Below are positions 12,523 through 25,454 of a stretch of DNA of 64,000 nt, one piece after another. A program made the translations under genes and the position numbers. The notes below the pieces were generated by a model. It saw nothing but the letters and a program-made list of their open reading frames with translations. It did not search any database and had not been told where the DNA came from. This stretch comes from Ramazzottius varieornatus (lineage: Eukaryota; Animalia; Tardigrada): assembly GCA_001949185.1 (NCBI GenBank), contig BDGG01000003.1, positions 624,679 through 688,678 of the forward strand, in the 5' to 3' direction. Positions within the stretch are counted from its first letter, which is position 1, and each line of letters begins with the position of its first letter.

Positions 12523-13874
12523 CCCACGAGGAGCCACCAAGCACCAAATATGTAGATCTCGATTAGACGAGGAGTCTGCTAGTTTTTTCGAATTTTTCGA
12601 GTTACGTTTACGAGAGCTACATTCGAAAACCTGTCCACAGACAAGTTTAAAGGACCATAAGTAGACAACTGAGTCATGTTTCCACAATCGCTTCTAGCAG
12701 ACTCTACCTCATACATCCTTTCGTCGATTGGCCGTTCCAGAAAAAAGTAAGCATGATCGCAACTTCAAAATAAACTAGATACTCCAAATACAGTGCATTG
12801 TTCAGGAAGGCCGATTGAAAGTTGTTGTTAGCGAGTGACGCGGTCAGAGAGAGGCTTGACCAGCAGCCGGCAACCGCCTGCTTGTCCAGTGAACTTCTAA
12901 GCGCTTTTATCTGTTCTCCTTCTTGAAGACAAAGACCAGGAAGCGGCAACTAAACGTGGCTAGTGCCGGGAAGATGCAATATTCTCAATCAAGACCAACT
13001 AGATGGAACAGGCCGGTTATGCTCGAAGGGGAGCAATTAAGCTCATCTGCAAAAATAATATCACGGAAGACCCGCCTGGTCTCGATGTTGCCCAATGCGG
13101 ACTTTGAGTAAGAGTCTAGAATAAGAGCAGAGACAGTTTATGGTGATCAACTGACACCTCGGCCGACCAATGGCCATCTTCTTTCTTTTGGGAAAACAGT
13201 CGCTTTTTGTCCATCTTTGACGAATTTTATAATTTCCGATTAGGTAGAACTTAACGCCATCGAATAGAGCAATCCTTTCAAGATTCTACCAGGTATTTTT
13301 CATAATGGACGTTGGCAGACTAGAGATGCTATACGGGATCAAGTGAGAGCCACCGAAGCAGAAGATCAATCTGACGACCCAACTTGGACGTTCTTCACTG
13401 TTCCGACAGCACCCAGACAGTTCTTCACTGTTCCGAAAGCACCATTGTGTAGCGCAGATATCGATCTTCACAACGAGCCCAAACATGTAACTACAGATGG
13501 TTGTAGAAATTAATATAAACTGGATAAACGTAAGAGGCAATTTTTGGCACCGAAAAATTACCAAAAAATATCACAAGATGGACCAACGACATGGTGATGT
13601 TGTGCTGAGTGAGATGTTCATACAACATAATTTTAAGAAATTGGGACGATAAAGGCGAATCCTAACATTGTGGACGCAGTGTTAGACCATTTCGTCACCA
13701 CCAAGCTTATGCAGCTGGGGTGTTGCGACTGGCGCTGAGTTCATGCTGCGAGCGGCAGAGGGGTAGTAAACGGCTCTTCGCACTAATTAGGCTCTATAGA
13801 CTGCCAAAAAATAGCCAGCCCCATAAACTTACATTCATTGGATAGCCTTTTGTTCTTTCTACCTTTCTCACTTA

Positions 13875-16211
13875 CGAGGGTATTTAGCCAATGCTCCAGT
13901 CTTACTTCACAAAGTGAAACGACAGAGAGGCAGAGGAGGGGTTTCTCTATCGACTGGGATAGACCAGGCCGGCAGAAAAAAATCATAGAAGACACAACAG
14001 GAAGCGGAAGTGACGTCAGAATCTGGGCGGAGCATGGTGAAGATAGAGACCATCAAGGAACATAAGTTCTACAGAAATGATATCTCTCGTAAAAATGATG
14101 GAAGCACAATGGAGCCTCACATCAGCCACACTTCAACAGCAACGAGCGGTTACAGTCAACACGGTCACAAGGACCAACAAGTCCATCAAAACAAAATTCC
14201 GCAGGATTTACGTACTTGTAAGACCTTTCAATACATCCAGACAATTGCCAGGCTTGTGCGATGAGATTTTCGAACCTACGAGAAGTGAACTGCTGATAGA
14301 TCAGCGAATGCAGCTTGAGAATAACGTCCCGATGGTGAACCTGTACAGGTTGATCGTTCAGAAATATCCAATTTGAAGCCTTTTGAAAGTATCCTTTGTA
14401 CATCCGAAAACACAGCACATCTAGAGGCTGGATCTGGCCGATGACTTTAGGAGGAATCGTGATCATCTCGTACTCCAGTTCCTCTGGCTTGACTTCCTCT
14501 ACAACTTCTTGATCGGCAAACGTCGGCCAAGAATCTGCCAGGAACAAGCAATGTCCGTCCATTTGTGGGAAGAAAACCTTTTCACACCATTCGACGAAAA
14601 GCTCCTTTGTCCTTTTGCCGGATGTTGATGCGGTAATGTGAAGGTTTCTCGCTCTAAACATCGTTCTTTTCACGGTCGGCCCGAAGACACCTTTATCTTC
14701 CTGCAGTGTAATGAGAAGATACTTTCGAGCACCTGGTGAGACACACATCATTACAGTGTAACTGTGAGTCATGAAATTCTCAGACCGAGTAAGAGCAAGA
14801 ACGTGCTTTGCGCCCACCAAATCCAAAGTCCGACCTGGCCTCATCTCGTATTCGAATCCAGACTGATCAACGTTCCAGAGGAAGTCCAGTCCATATGCTT
14901 GAATCCTTGATCTGACGAGAGCAACACACTCGTCGGCACTCTTCCTTCTAACTGGTTCTCCCTACAGATACTTTTCTGTCACGATCTTGTGGATTTTGCG
15001 GTCGCAGATACCGTAGTAACTAAACCGCAAATTAATTCGTTGAGGAATATTGACAACAAAAGGTTCACTCAGGCGTCCCTACCACCAGATAAAATTAGAA
15101 CACGATATGGCACTTACCGCTTAAATCTGCTAACCCAATATGACGACGCTACAAAACCAGGAAGGCCGATCTCGCGATTCGTGGGGACAACCCATCGCCG
15201 GATGTCTATGTCTTTCACTACGTGAGGCTTCTGCTTGGCAAGAAAGAACTGTTTTCCAGACTCCAGTCGTATCGCCTTCAGCTTATCGATACGCGAACCA
15301 CCGTCTTCTACCTGCCGCTCCCATTCATTGAGCTGACGCACACTGGTAAGTTTCTTGAATAAGACTTGAACACTTGACAGACTACGTCGCTTCTTTGTGA
15401 TGGCATTACTCCAGAATCGTACGGCGCGTTTCTTGTATTCGAGATCAGCTGCTTGGCTCGACGGCACTTTTGGATCGGGAATTCTAGGCACAAACAGCTC
15501 ATGCGAAGAAGGTTCAGTTGCTCTTGAGTCAGGTTCTCCAAGGCGATCGTTTGGAGTTGGCTTTGCGATGTCCAGTCAACATGTTGTTTTCAGCGACAGA
15601 CTTTTCGAACTCTTCGAAAGTCGGCATACTGATCTGTAGCTCGTACCGAAGATCGTCCTCGATGGCCAAGATCGGACTTCCAGCTTGGTTGATGTGAATA
15701 TCCAGGAAGTCTGCAAGCGAATGATGGATTCGGATAGGCTTCAAGTGTTTACTTTATCAACAAGCCTACCATACCTTTGATGAGTGCCTTGAGCAACTTG
15801 TCATGGTCACTTGGAGAGTCGTTGGGTTGAAAATCCTGTTCATAGTCCATCTCCAAAAGCTTTAGGATGTTCGAGGGGTTAATAGAGTCCATGCCTGCGA
15901 TAACTGGAGGAGAGAAAACGAGAAAAGAGAACGAAGTTTAACACAATAATCAAAACTGTAGTGATCAGCTGCTCTTCTACCCCTATAGTGTTACAAACCA
16001 ATGAAATAGCGAATCAACCAGCACACAATCAAATTACTTGACTGATGCCGATATTCCGTCCAGATTTTGACGTCACTTCCGCTTCCTGTTGTGTCTTCCA
16101 GGATTTTTTTCTGCCGGCCTGGTTTATCCCAGTCGATAGAGAAAACTCTCCTCTACCTCTCTGTCGTTTCAGTTTGTGAAATAAGACTGGAGCATTGGCT
16201 AAATCCCCTCG
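13875..16211 (-). mobile_element. Tc4/Tc5-type (Tc1/mariner superfamily, DDE_1) DNA transposon with ~160-bp TIRs
   Basis: TIRs CGAGGG.ATTTAGCCAATGCTCCAGTCTTA...GGAAGTGACGTCA at 13875-~14033 and ~16052-16211. TTA on both flanks (13872-74, 16212-14) reconstructs the target CTTAG. Confidence 0.92.
14122..15892 (-). pseudogene. Frameshifted, intron-containing DDE transposase of the Tc4/Tc5-like element
   Basis: WNVDQSGFEYEM (D1), THSYTV, LFLADSW (D2), IPPKVIGQIQPLDV (D3). HTH-like N-terminal part in 15114-15491. Intron ~15020-15117. Reading frames are discontinuous near 15530 and ~14960. Confidence 0.85.
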
Positions 16212-17077
16212 TTAGGTAATTACAGACTGCTTATATTGTCTATACTAAACGACCTCAAAGTGCAAGTGAGAAAGTTTCAGCTGCACGTTCTCTCTGGTCA
16301 GTGTAAGGAAGCAAGACAAAGCCGTTGTACCGGATTCGTCTTTTTGGTTTATTTAACGTTCTGGACCAGTCCTACAGCCTATAGCGGCTGTAGAAAGGAA
16401 ATACAGGGCGTGGTGGGGTGTGATGTATGTGTAATCTCGGACCTTAGCATGGCATGCTGTTTGGTGAATGTTTCGGAGGCCTCAAACTGAGAACCGAAAA
16501 TCTTTGTACACATTCCGAGCGACCGGGCTGTAATGATTGATACACACAGTGTCGAAACATTCCTACTGTTGTTGACTCGCAATAAATTACCGGTAGTGTA
16601 CGACTTTGTTTTGATAGCTGGTCAGTGACTCTGCGTGTCTTTTTGGGCCTGAAGCACGATTTGATTGCCATTCTTGTTTCACTTGCAGTGCGGTGATACC
16701 TGGTTGCATCCCCAGCTGATGATTGTTGTTTAGCTTTCAATCAAAACTGGCTGTTCTGTCTAAAACTGTGGTGTGGTACTGAAAATATCATTAGGGTGAA
16801 AATCTAGTGGAGCCGACAAATGCTCGGTTGTTTCGTTATTGTTTGCGCTAGTTTAACAGACTGAAAGGACTGGCGACCACATTTGCGCAGCGCATGCCAC
16901 AATATGAGACCAAAATCCGTTTCACTTCAGGTCAGTTGTAGCTGGACCCAAATAGTACTGTAGAAGCAGGCTACTTGGTTCTCCCATAAAATACCCCATT
17001 ACAAGCTATTATGCATCTACGAGCGAGACGAAAAGCTGGCCAATGATCATACTGCATATCTTCTCTTTAAATATTCA

Positions 17078-17380
17078 CTAGTAATAGTATCGGTCTCGGT
17101 GGTAGTGTCGACGACGATTGTGTCGGCGGCGATGGTGGCGATAACTGTCATCGTGATGTCTGTCTCTTCCGTAATAGCCATCATAGTAGCTTCGCTTTTC
17201 CCGCTCAAGTTCCACTTTCTCTGATGTGGTAGAAGGTATGAAGGCAGCTACCAGCAAAAGGCTGACGAGCGTTAAGGTCCAGAACCGCAGAGGCAACTGC
17301 AAGAAGAAAACAGAATAGTCAGATTAAAGTTCTCCCATGAAGGCACAACATAAGAAGTGGCCAAACGCAGTACTCACCAT
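17078..17380 (-). CDS. Small secreted pro-peptide: ATG-only coding exon (17378-17380) plus exon 17296-17078. Signal peptide, acidic pro-piece, REKR site, 37-aa R/H/Y-rich mature peptide
   Basis: ATG|GTGAGT donor and TTCTTCTTGCAG acceptor give MLPLRFWTLTLVSLLLVAAFIPSTTS-EKVELEREKR-SYYDGYYGRDRHHDDSYRHHRRRHNRRRHYHRDRYYY*. Confidence 0.82.
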
Positions 17381-18351
17381 TCTTCGACGGTTCGCGGGAA
17401 GAAATTAAAGGTAAGTTCGTCGATGAGAACAGTACGTACCGGGAAGAAACTCAAAACATGAAACGACGAAGAGGCCAGAATAGCGCACAATGACTTAAAT
17501 ACCGTATCTGAATGTAGACAAAGCCGTTATTCTCGCTAGCCATCATAAGATCGGTGAAATATGTCAAGAATACAGTACGGGAAACGTAGGTAGTGTGTTG
17601 GTGACGCACACCGGATATCCATCTCGATATGACGTTTACGCGGTCAAACCAGTCGGACTACGCAGCCGTTTGGCTTTTCGGATGATGAGTACCAAGGCAC
17701 CGTAAGTACCGTCACGTACAGTAGGCCATGGCCCATCACTGAATAGCGATGGCTGCCGCGCAGATACTTTGATGAAAGTCTCAACATATCTGGATCCCAT
17801 CAGTGAAGGAACCATCGTCAGTTTCGTCAGAGAGCCGAAGTATGGAATTTCTTAATTCGGCGAGTGGCGAGCCATCCATGTAGTAATTTTTCAAACTTTA
17901 TTCAGCCTGGACGCCTGAGACAAAACGGAAGCGCATCGGAACGGCTTAGTAGTGCGGCTTCACAGTCACAGACTCGAAAGTCCTGAAAGTCCTGCGTCTA
18001 CGAGATAGCATTTCGAAAAGGAACAGTTCGGGTGCAGATTGCGTTTTTATTACGTATGCATATCAAGCCGGCACTACCAGAGGCACCCCCGTGGCGGTCC
18101 TTTGAACTCTTTCGCATATGCAAGACTAGGAGCGAGTTTTCAGTCACATTATTTCTCATAGTAGGCTTTACGTTGTTTTGAGTATCAACGCAGATCGAAA
18201 GGCAGGTAGCGCAGCGGCACACAAAAGACTTCAACGCAGGGAATGTACGAGTTGATGCCGGCCCGAAGTGCGAATAGATGTGATACGGCGCAATGCGTTA
18301 TACGGAGAAACAATACCCGAGCCGTCCATCCTAGTTTCTGCAAGCTTACTA

Positions 18352-18610
18352 CAGTCCACTCGCTCGAGATCTGTTACCTAATTTCACGGTTTCAATTCTG
18401 GGCCCGCTATACATTCACCATAACGCCTGTCAAGCCAACATTCAAACTTACATAACATATACATAACGCCATGCTTCGACCTATGTAATCAAGTAATCAA
18501 GTCGCATGCGTCTGGGTGAGCTGCGGCATGGCGAGCAGGCTCATTAATTTTCCAGATCTTTCAGTTTTGAAACCGTCAAATTAGGTAACAGATCCCGAGC
18601 CAGTGGACTG
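18352..18610. mobile_element. Tc1/mariner-type MITE (~259 bp), copy 1
   Basis: TA TSD. TIRs CAGTCCACTCGCTCGAGATCTGTTACCTAATTT / AAATTAGGTAACAGATCCCGAGCCAGTGGACTG. Homologous over its full length to 40015-40272. Confidence 0.92.
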
Positions 18611-20149
18611 TATATAGTACGTTGAATCCCGATAGCTCTTGATTCTTGCACGATAACTCCAGTTCTTTTGCCGAGAAGGCCCGAGATACAGTACCTCTAT
18701 GTTGGGAACTTGGGATGTGCCGCGAAAAGCGTCGCAGTGAACACTGGTCCTCCTCACGACGGGCCGTAAAACTCCGTCGATTGTGTTGATGTTGAAAGCG
18801 GGTTACGAAATTTCGCCCTTGAGTAGCTTATCTGAAACGAAAACGGATCGTATTCTGCATACTTGACACAAAATTTGAAATTTTCGTTTCTCAGCTGGTT
18901 TTACATCGCGAGACACTGTTTCGCATGGGCTTCGTGATACCTACCAGTATCGACAATATCGGTAGACCGAAAGTAGCCAGAGAGAAAATCAAGAGTCTCA
19001 GCCAAATCAGGAGGCAAAGTTTGCGTATAAACCTACCTCCGCAGAGCTCGCGCACTACCTGTCCAGGTTTTCGAGATTTGCGGAAAATCCAGTTTTGACT
19101 CACTCATGGCTATTTCCCATTGATCAAGCAAATTTAAATTTTAAATCGACCGTTTGCCCGTCGCGCGGAGAACTACTGAGGAATACCAAAATTAACTTTG
19201 GTCTGCCTGGTTTCTCAGCTCATTTGAAGCAAACCAGCTTTTGAGGAGCGAGATGTCGGTACTGGCGCAGAAAAAGTACTACGTACCGTAGCAGGCAACG
19301 GACTGCATGCCGTGCAAGTAAACTGCACGCTTCGAAATCGTGGCGGTTACGTTATTCCAACTGAAGTCAGATGCTTGCTGTACCAACCGCGCTTCACTTC
19401 GGTAACGAAGCTCCCTTTCCCAAACGAGAAAAATGGCGTTTTTTCGGCCCCAAAAGTTTAGCACTGCCGCGCAACTGTTGTAAGCTTAGCGAAGACTCTC
19501 TCTATTTGCAATAAAAGTACTCGCGAAGGGATTCTTTTCGATACGTTCGAAAGGCGCGCGACCCTCAGTTTGGTAGAAGTGATTGTGATTCGCGAGGGCT
19601 TAACTTATCGAGCGCTGAGAGAGATGACAACCGACTTTTCAACGTTTTTACTCATCGATTGTTTTGGTTACCGCAACCCGTTTGACCGTCGAATTTTAAC
19701 CCGCACTTGCGAACCAGGCGCGCTAACAAAGAAACACTTGGATCCAGTTGTTACAATGTCATGATCATGTGTCGGTGACACACCGGAAATGAATTTCGCT
19801 GTCAGAAAGTGAGAAATTAACGGCGTGTTGCAACTTAAGCACATCCATCGTCCTTCCGTATTCTCCGCTGCATAACTTGCATTATCACTCTTACCGAAAA
19901 TATTTGCGAATGCAACAGACAAACTCGGTCAATCCATAGCATACCTGTGATAAGATCGCCAACATTCACCAGTCATATCCTTGACACTGGAAAAAACAAA
20001 ACGTCACCGCAGTGTATAGTACCGTTTCATGAACCGTCATTACGTAAACATCTCACATCATGATCATGCAAGTGTCAGTTTCGTTATCATTTGCCGTTGT
20101 AAATCAGTGTATTACAGTAGTTACCCATTGGATAGCTTTCGATTTCGAC

Positions 20150-20187
20150 TATAAAATCGCTATATCGAAACAGAGGAAGCCATCAGT
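20150..20187 (+). promoter_or_regulatory. TATA box plus initiator of the chitin-binding gene
   Basis: TATAAAA at 20150 and TCAGT (Inr-like) at 20183, about 60 bp upstream of ATG 20246. Confidence 0.6.
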
Positions 20188-20245
20188 ATTGCCCACTTGA
20201 CTTTATCTTCCCTGATCACTTCATTCACAGAAGGTCTACTCGATC

Positions 20246-21342
20246 ATGAAGTTCCTGGTTGTCCTCGCCCTCGTTGGGTTCGCCGCTGCCCAGCAGAACA
20301 AGTACAGCGGACGTTATGTCTTCGATCTGATCAAGCCGGCCCTGACCGCGGGGGAAGTCGAAACTTTGTTGGCTTCCCGAGACGCCTCCTACCCAACCTA
20401 CAACGAGATTCCCCAGACCAGCTTCCAGTGCGGTACCCGAATCGGATTCTACGCTGACGTTGAGGCCCAATGCCAAGTCTTCCATCGTTGCGACATCAAT
20501 GGAAACCAGACTTCTTACTTGTGCGTCAACACCACCGTTTTCAACCAGATTACCTTGGTCTGCGATGCCTGGTACAACGTGGACTGCGCCGGGTAGGTTC
20601 CTGCCAGTTGAATATTCAAAACATCGAAAAACTTCCTTCAAAATTTACCGAGACAAAACTATATTTACTCATTGTCTCTTTTTCCAGATCTGCTCAATAC
20701 GAAGATTTCGCCAATTCGCGTCTGTACACCGGCCAACAACTCTTCGATTCCCCTCCCGCTGACTACATTGCCCCCAGTCAGCTTTTGGCCCAACAGCAGC
20801 AAGAACAGTTGAACGCCCAGGGTTCTCAGAGCAGCGGCCAACAGCAAGGTGGCCAACAAAGTGGAAATCAGCAGGCATCTGGATCTCGTGGCGGCGCTAG
20901 TCAAGCCAGCCGCGGTAACGCCAACACCCAAGCCGGTCGTCCCGCTGTTAACGCCAACGCTGGTGCCCAAGCCGGTCGTTCCAACAAGGGCTCTATGACC
21001 CTCCAGTCCTCCGGTTTCGCCAGCTCTGCCGGACGATCGGACACCACTCAAGAACAAGGTGCCGACCAAACTCAGTCCGGGGCTGAACAGACCCAAGGAG
21101 CCGACCAGACCTTCAAAGCCCAGGGTCGTTCCGACACCGAACAAGGACAGTCCCAGCAAGCCCAGGGAGCTGACCAGTCCAACTCTGCCAGCCAGTCTGC
21201 TAGCGCTGAAGAGCGATCGGACGCCGCCGAACCTTCCACTGCCGCAGCTGCTGCCGAATCGTCCCCCGCTGACTCTGCTGACCAATCCAGCAATGCCGGG
21301 TCCGCTGCTCAATCCAGCAGCACCGCTGCCAGGTCGCAGTAA
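20246..21342 (+). CDS. Secreted chitin-binding type-2 (CBM14/peritrophin-A, CPAP1-like) protein with a long Q/S/A/G low-complexity tail; exons 20246-20592 and 20688-21342
   Basis: Signal peptide MKFLVVLALVGFAAA. Motif IPQTSFQC..GFYADVEAQCQVFHRC...SYLCVNTTVFNQITLVCDAWYNVDC. An in-frame intron joins it to SAQYEDFANSRLY. Confidence 0.92.
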
Positions 21343-22220
21343 AGAAACTGGATCGATTTTGACCAGAGGTGAATGATTTTCTGATTGACAGGTTGACATT
21401 CATGTTTGTTCGCTTTCTACCAAAGTAATCAGCTCTGATTTTTATTACCAGACGCTTTTCTGGGAGTGTCCGAAGCTACAGTAGCACGCGCCATTTCAGT
21501 CTGCCATACTTTATACGAGCTCGGTGACGTAATACTGTAGAAACAAAAGAACGACAAGTTCGACACACAAGATCGTAACTACGGCATACCTTAAAAACGG
21601 GGCGCAGTGTTTGTGAACTCAGTCGAATGAAAGGAAACTGGTTTTTGTGGAGATCCAGGTACCGTAATTATCAGTTTTACTATCGCAACCCTATGCATTA
21701 GGATCGTGGTTTTGAAACAAAGAAGCAGGAATTACTGGGGATTTTCTGCTCTGAAGTTCCGCATAAGGATTATGTGTGTATTTAGATACGCAACAGTCGC
21801 AGCACAACTGGATATCAATTTTTTACCAGAAAGTGGGAATTATTAGATTTTTTTCTACCCTGAGGCGTCACACGAAATTTGTGTAATCAGTTGCATAACA
21901 GTCGCACCCAGTACTGAATTATGAGTCCTTTCCGAACCTACGGCTAACTTTGCAATTACGATCTTCTTCGACGCTTTCCGACGTTGGCACAATACAGTGC
22001 AGTGCTGTCAGTTCTTACCATCAAGCGAACGGCAAACCAAGTATCTTCTACAAAAGTTCAGATCGAACAAGACAAAATAGGACAGGGTATTTGCTCGCTC
22101 CGGCGGACCAACTGGTAAACAACGTTCTAACGGTAGGTAAAAAGAAAGGTTAACAGTATCTCAACTTGTTCCAGAATTATGCTTACGTAGGGAACTCTAC
22201 AGCTTGTTGGATAAACCCCA

Positions 22221-23525
22221 CTACGCCTCTCCGCGAGTGAGTTCCTTCTCCTGTGAGGGCGAACTCCTGGGTAAAGCACCACTCCCATTTCCGCCGGAAG
22301 AGAATCGTCCACCTTCTCCTCGCGCTCGTTTCACGGCGTGCTTGTGTCGGGATTCATGAAGGTATTTCTGTGGAGCGACTTTTGTAAAATTGAATAAATT
22401 CACTCAATCGAAAACATGGGAAAAACCAAGATTTCTATAAATTCAAGTACCAACCTGTCGTTCTTTGGTAATAAGTCCTTGTGCTTCCAGGCGAGCTCTT
22501 GCCTGACGTCTTTTCAGGATGCGATGATACTGTTTGGCATTGACATACAGGGGCTCGTCTTCCTCGACTTTGGACGAGGAGGTTGTTGTGAAGTTCAGTC
22601 CACCTCCGGTGGCAAGCTGGAACACTTGTTGGCTTCCTCCTGTATGTCCGTCCCCCAGTAGCTGTGTGAAGACTTGGTTTCCATCGGCATGTAGAACTTG
22701 TGAACCAGAAGGAATACCTCCACCCGTCGTAATGTAATACTGAAACCAAAGAACAAGTTGTACGAGCAAGAAAGAATTAAAAGTCGAAGCTCAGCTGTGG
22801 GTGACCACCTTATTCACCCGTCCCATTAAGTCAACTAGCGCATCACGTCATCATCCCGCTTCGAACTGTGGTGTTGCTTACACTCAACTGTACTCGCGCG
22901 AGTGACGTTTAGAGCCGAACACCATGCCGATAAACATGCGAGTGCGTACCTGCTGTCCATCCGATCCAATCAGCGTCTGTCCTCCCGAAAGCATCTGAGG
23001 CGTGATTGTTAGTGGCTGTAAAAAAACATCATCTTGAAACAGACAACCTCAAAAACCCGAAATGTGAAAGCCTAACCTGGGTGGTCGTGACACTGGACGT
23101 TTGAGGAACAGCTTGGAGGATGAATTGCTGGCCATTTGCTGTGATGATCTGAGGCAATCCATTGGACGTCGCGAAAATCTGAAAAGAAACATCTTCAGCG
23201 TGGGTACACCATCTTGTAAATGTCCGGAGGAAGCTGGCATCTTCTTCGAAATTACCTGACTCATCTTGAAGCCGGAAAGCTATCCTGACTCGAATTCTGT
23301 CCAGCCGAAGTGGTCCCGCTGTGGATAAAGATGGCCATATGCGCAAAAATGCATCTTCGTGGTATTTTTGCTCTAAAAAGTGTTTCAGAGTTCTTTACCA
23401 ACCTTTGTCCAGATATAGCTGGACGATGAGGGTTACCGTCCAGTGGGGAAGGTCTGACGTTGGGGTGGGACGTAGCAAGGAGGCCGCCAGATGTTCCAAT
23501 TCGAGCGGAGGAAGAACCAATGATC
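22221..23525 (-). CDS. NFYA: Nuclear transcription factor Y subunit alpha (multi-exon; 5' end uncertain)
   Basis: EPLYVNAKQYHRILKRRQARARLE and KYLHESRHKHAVKRARGEGGRF form the CBF-B/NF-YA domain. Q-rich upstream exons at ~22950-23015 and ~23077-23178. Confidence 0.9.
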
Positions 23526-24013
23526 TGAACAACGTGGAAGAGACAATTGGTGTAAAGTCTGTGGCAACTGCCAATGGAAGACCCTCTTATCGCACATTGC
23601 ACTCCCACGTGCTCGGCCTCTCACAATCACAGCTTGCGACACGCACGTGCATACGACCGAGTAATTGATCAAGCGACGTAATAACGAATACTCCTCGAGA
23701 ACTGTGCACACTACGGCCTCCGCGCATCGCGTCACGTGGTCAAAATCGTTCCGAATGAATGTGAGTGACACATGATCAAAATGCAATGGCGCATGTCGTT
23801 ATAATATTTATCAAGTGACCTATTCGTGACGTACAGTACCCCAACCCTTTGGGCTGGACCCGTAGAAGTTACTCGCGTATTCCACTGTGGCATTTTCCCA
23901 CGGTTGCGTTGAATTTCCGACGTCCATATCTCCAGCGTCTGTCTGTTTCTTCCGTCTTCACTTTTCCGGTTCGCGGTTCATTCCTTACAGATTTATCGGA
24001 GTGGTCAGTGTGC

Positions 24014-25454
24014 ATGGCATTTGCTCAAGACCTAGCCGAAGATCTACAAATGGGTGATTCCTTATTTTTGAACAAGCCGGACACGCAAAAGCAGTCGCAT
24101 GATGGAGTCTCGAACGATAGTCTGCATTTTGGAGTCAGCAGCATGCGAGGTTGGCGAGTTGATCAGGAGGTAAGGTATCTCTGAAGTGCTACGATATTAT
24201 TCCTAAACAGGAAAAGTGAGAATTTTACCCTCGAAGAACACACGATTTTATCGTCAATGTTTACATGACAGTAATACTGATCTCTATACCCGGAGTCAAG
24301 ATGTGAATGACGTAATCCACGAGAAGGTTTTCTAATACAGTACGGCGTTTTCTAGTTTCCATTGATGACGTTATGCGCAGACGGAACGGGCGTGGTTAAC
24401 TGGCTTTTCTTGCAGGACGCCCATCTGACAATTCCGGAATTCGATGAAAACGCTCATTTCTTCGCCGTCTTCGATGGCCATGGCGGAAGTGAAGTTTCGA
24501 GAGGAGCCGCTAAGACTATCGGAAATCTCTTAAAAAGCCTACCAGCCTACAAGCAAGGACATTATCGAGATGCTCTGATCGAAGCCTTTGTCTCCTTTGA
24601 CCGCTCTCCAGCGGTAAGTCCCACTTTGTCCTCCATATCGTGTAATCGGAGTTTCATGGCTGATGATTGTTGCAGGCGAATCATTCTTCGGGAACTACGG
24701 CGTGTTGTGCGTTCATCAAGAACAATACCCTGTACGTGGCGAACGCCGGAGATTCGCGCTGTGTCATCTCGAAGAATGGTCAAGCTAAGGATATGTCCAT
24801 CGACCATAATCCAACGAGCCCGAAAGAAGCCGCAAGAATCGAGAACGCGGGTGGAACTGTGACGGAAGATGGTCGAATCGATGCGAATTTGGACCATCAG
24901 ATAAATCTCAGTCGAGCTCTCGGTAGGAAAATTCGGCAGGTATCACAGTTTCACTTTGGTCAAAATTCGGAGGTCTCTCCTTTTCGCTTCAGGCGATCAC
25001 GACTACAAACAGAACCCCGATCTGCCTCTGACGAAACAGATGGTCTCTCCTAAACCAGATGTCTTTCCAATGACCATTGATCAAAGTCTGGAATTTATGG
25101 TTGTCGCCTGCGACGGAATTTGGTAAAAACACAATCATTTGTTTGGCATATTGTTTTTCGGAAAGCAGCTTTGGTTTTTGCAGGACTTGCTTGACAAGCC
25201 AGGAAGTGGTTGATTTTATTCGGCCGAGACTGATGCAGCACGAGAAATACCCGAAAATTTCACTGATCATTGAAGAAGTGAAAATTAAAATTTTGATCAC
25301 ATCGAAAAAGCTCTAGTTTAATGATGCGACTTTTTTATAGTTGTTCAACACTATTGTGGCACCGCAACTGACCGATGAAGGAACAGGCACGGACAACATG
25401 ACATGCATCGTTGTCGTCTTCCACCAACCTCATCAGCAAACTGGTGGTGGTTAG
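24014..25454 (+). CDS. PP2C/PPM protein phosphatase (PPM1G-like), about 6 exons
   Basis: [11 protein letters not shown]|[66 protein letters not shown]. Start at 24014 or 24050; stop TAG at 25452-54. Confidence 0.92.

Noticed and set aside
13391-13443. 30-bp spaced duplication TTCTTCACTGTTCCGA.AGCACC
   Set aside because: Small local slippage duplication with no further structure.
20665-21399. 244-aa minus-strand ORF
   Set aside because: Antisense shadow of the low-complexity, codon-biased tail of the chitin-binding gene.
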